A stretch of DNA of 63,237 bases, counting the filler, from Dugesia japonica (taxonomy: Eukaryota), in NCBI GenBank assembly GCA_001938525.1. It is 6 parts of 6 records of this genome, joined end to end, with 100 filler letters (N's around TTAATTAATTAA, not from the genome) between each part and the next. Parts side by side here need not be neighbours in the genome. Positions count along the whole stretch, not along the records: positions 52,866 to 63,237 come from MQRL01265831.1; 5 more parts are not named here. One strand, written 5' to 3'. Shown in pieces: positions 63,093-63,237 of the stretch (the stretch's first letter is position 1; each line of letters starts with the position of its first letter). The position numbers were made by a program, and so were the translations under genes. Below the pieces are notes generated by a model. That model did not search any database, had not been told where the DNA came from, and saw nothing but the letters and a program-made list of their open reading frames with translations.

Positions 63093-63237
63093 ATTAGTTA
63101 TTTATATAAAGACATATTTTAAATATTTTATTATTTTAATATATTAGTTTTGTTTAAAAAAAAACAATCGAGAGATTTTCAATTCTATTTGATTAGAAAA
63201 GATTTTTTGAGAATTAATTTTAAAATTTAAGAATAAC

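Overview
AT-rich eukaryotic (invertebrate animal-like) draft-genome sequence. Six contigs are joined by artificial N-TTAATTAATTAA-N linkers (about 8358, 25015, 34794, 43600, 52766), so synteny across linkers is meaningless. Host genes have very short (41-48 nt) introns: TMEM126-like, NOP9, an ankyrin-repeat/RING gene and a pyruvate carboxylase fragment. The rest is a dense set of decayed mobile elements: Ty3/Gypsy, Helitron, MULE, hAT, Tc1/mariner, Merlin and Polinton/Maverick. Two things stand out. (1) An unclassified, high-copy TGTTGGGG...CCCCAACA element family: one full-length 3982-bp copy with a GTAT target-site duplication plus six partial copies. It has no RT or transposase, but carries a row of small orphan ORFs behind splice acceptors (ATG possibly created by splicing), a conserved C-terminal KxTQT (LC8-type) motif and a terminal structure with compensatory base changes. 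(2) A dispersed palindromic repeat whose arms carry a minimal type-I hammerhead ribozyme motif of the kind found in Penelope-like elements. All protein assignments come from motif recognition by eye; no database searches were run.
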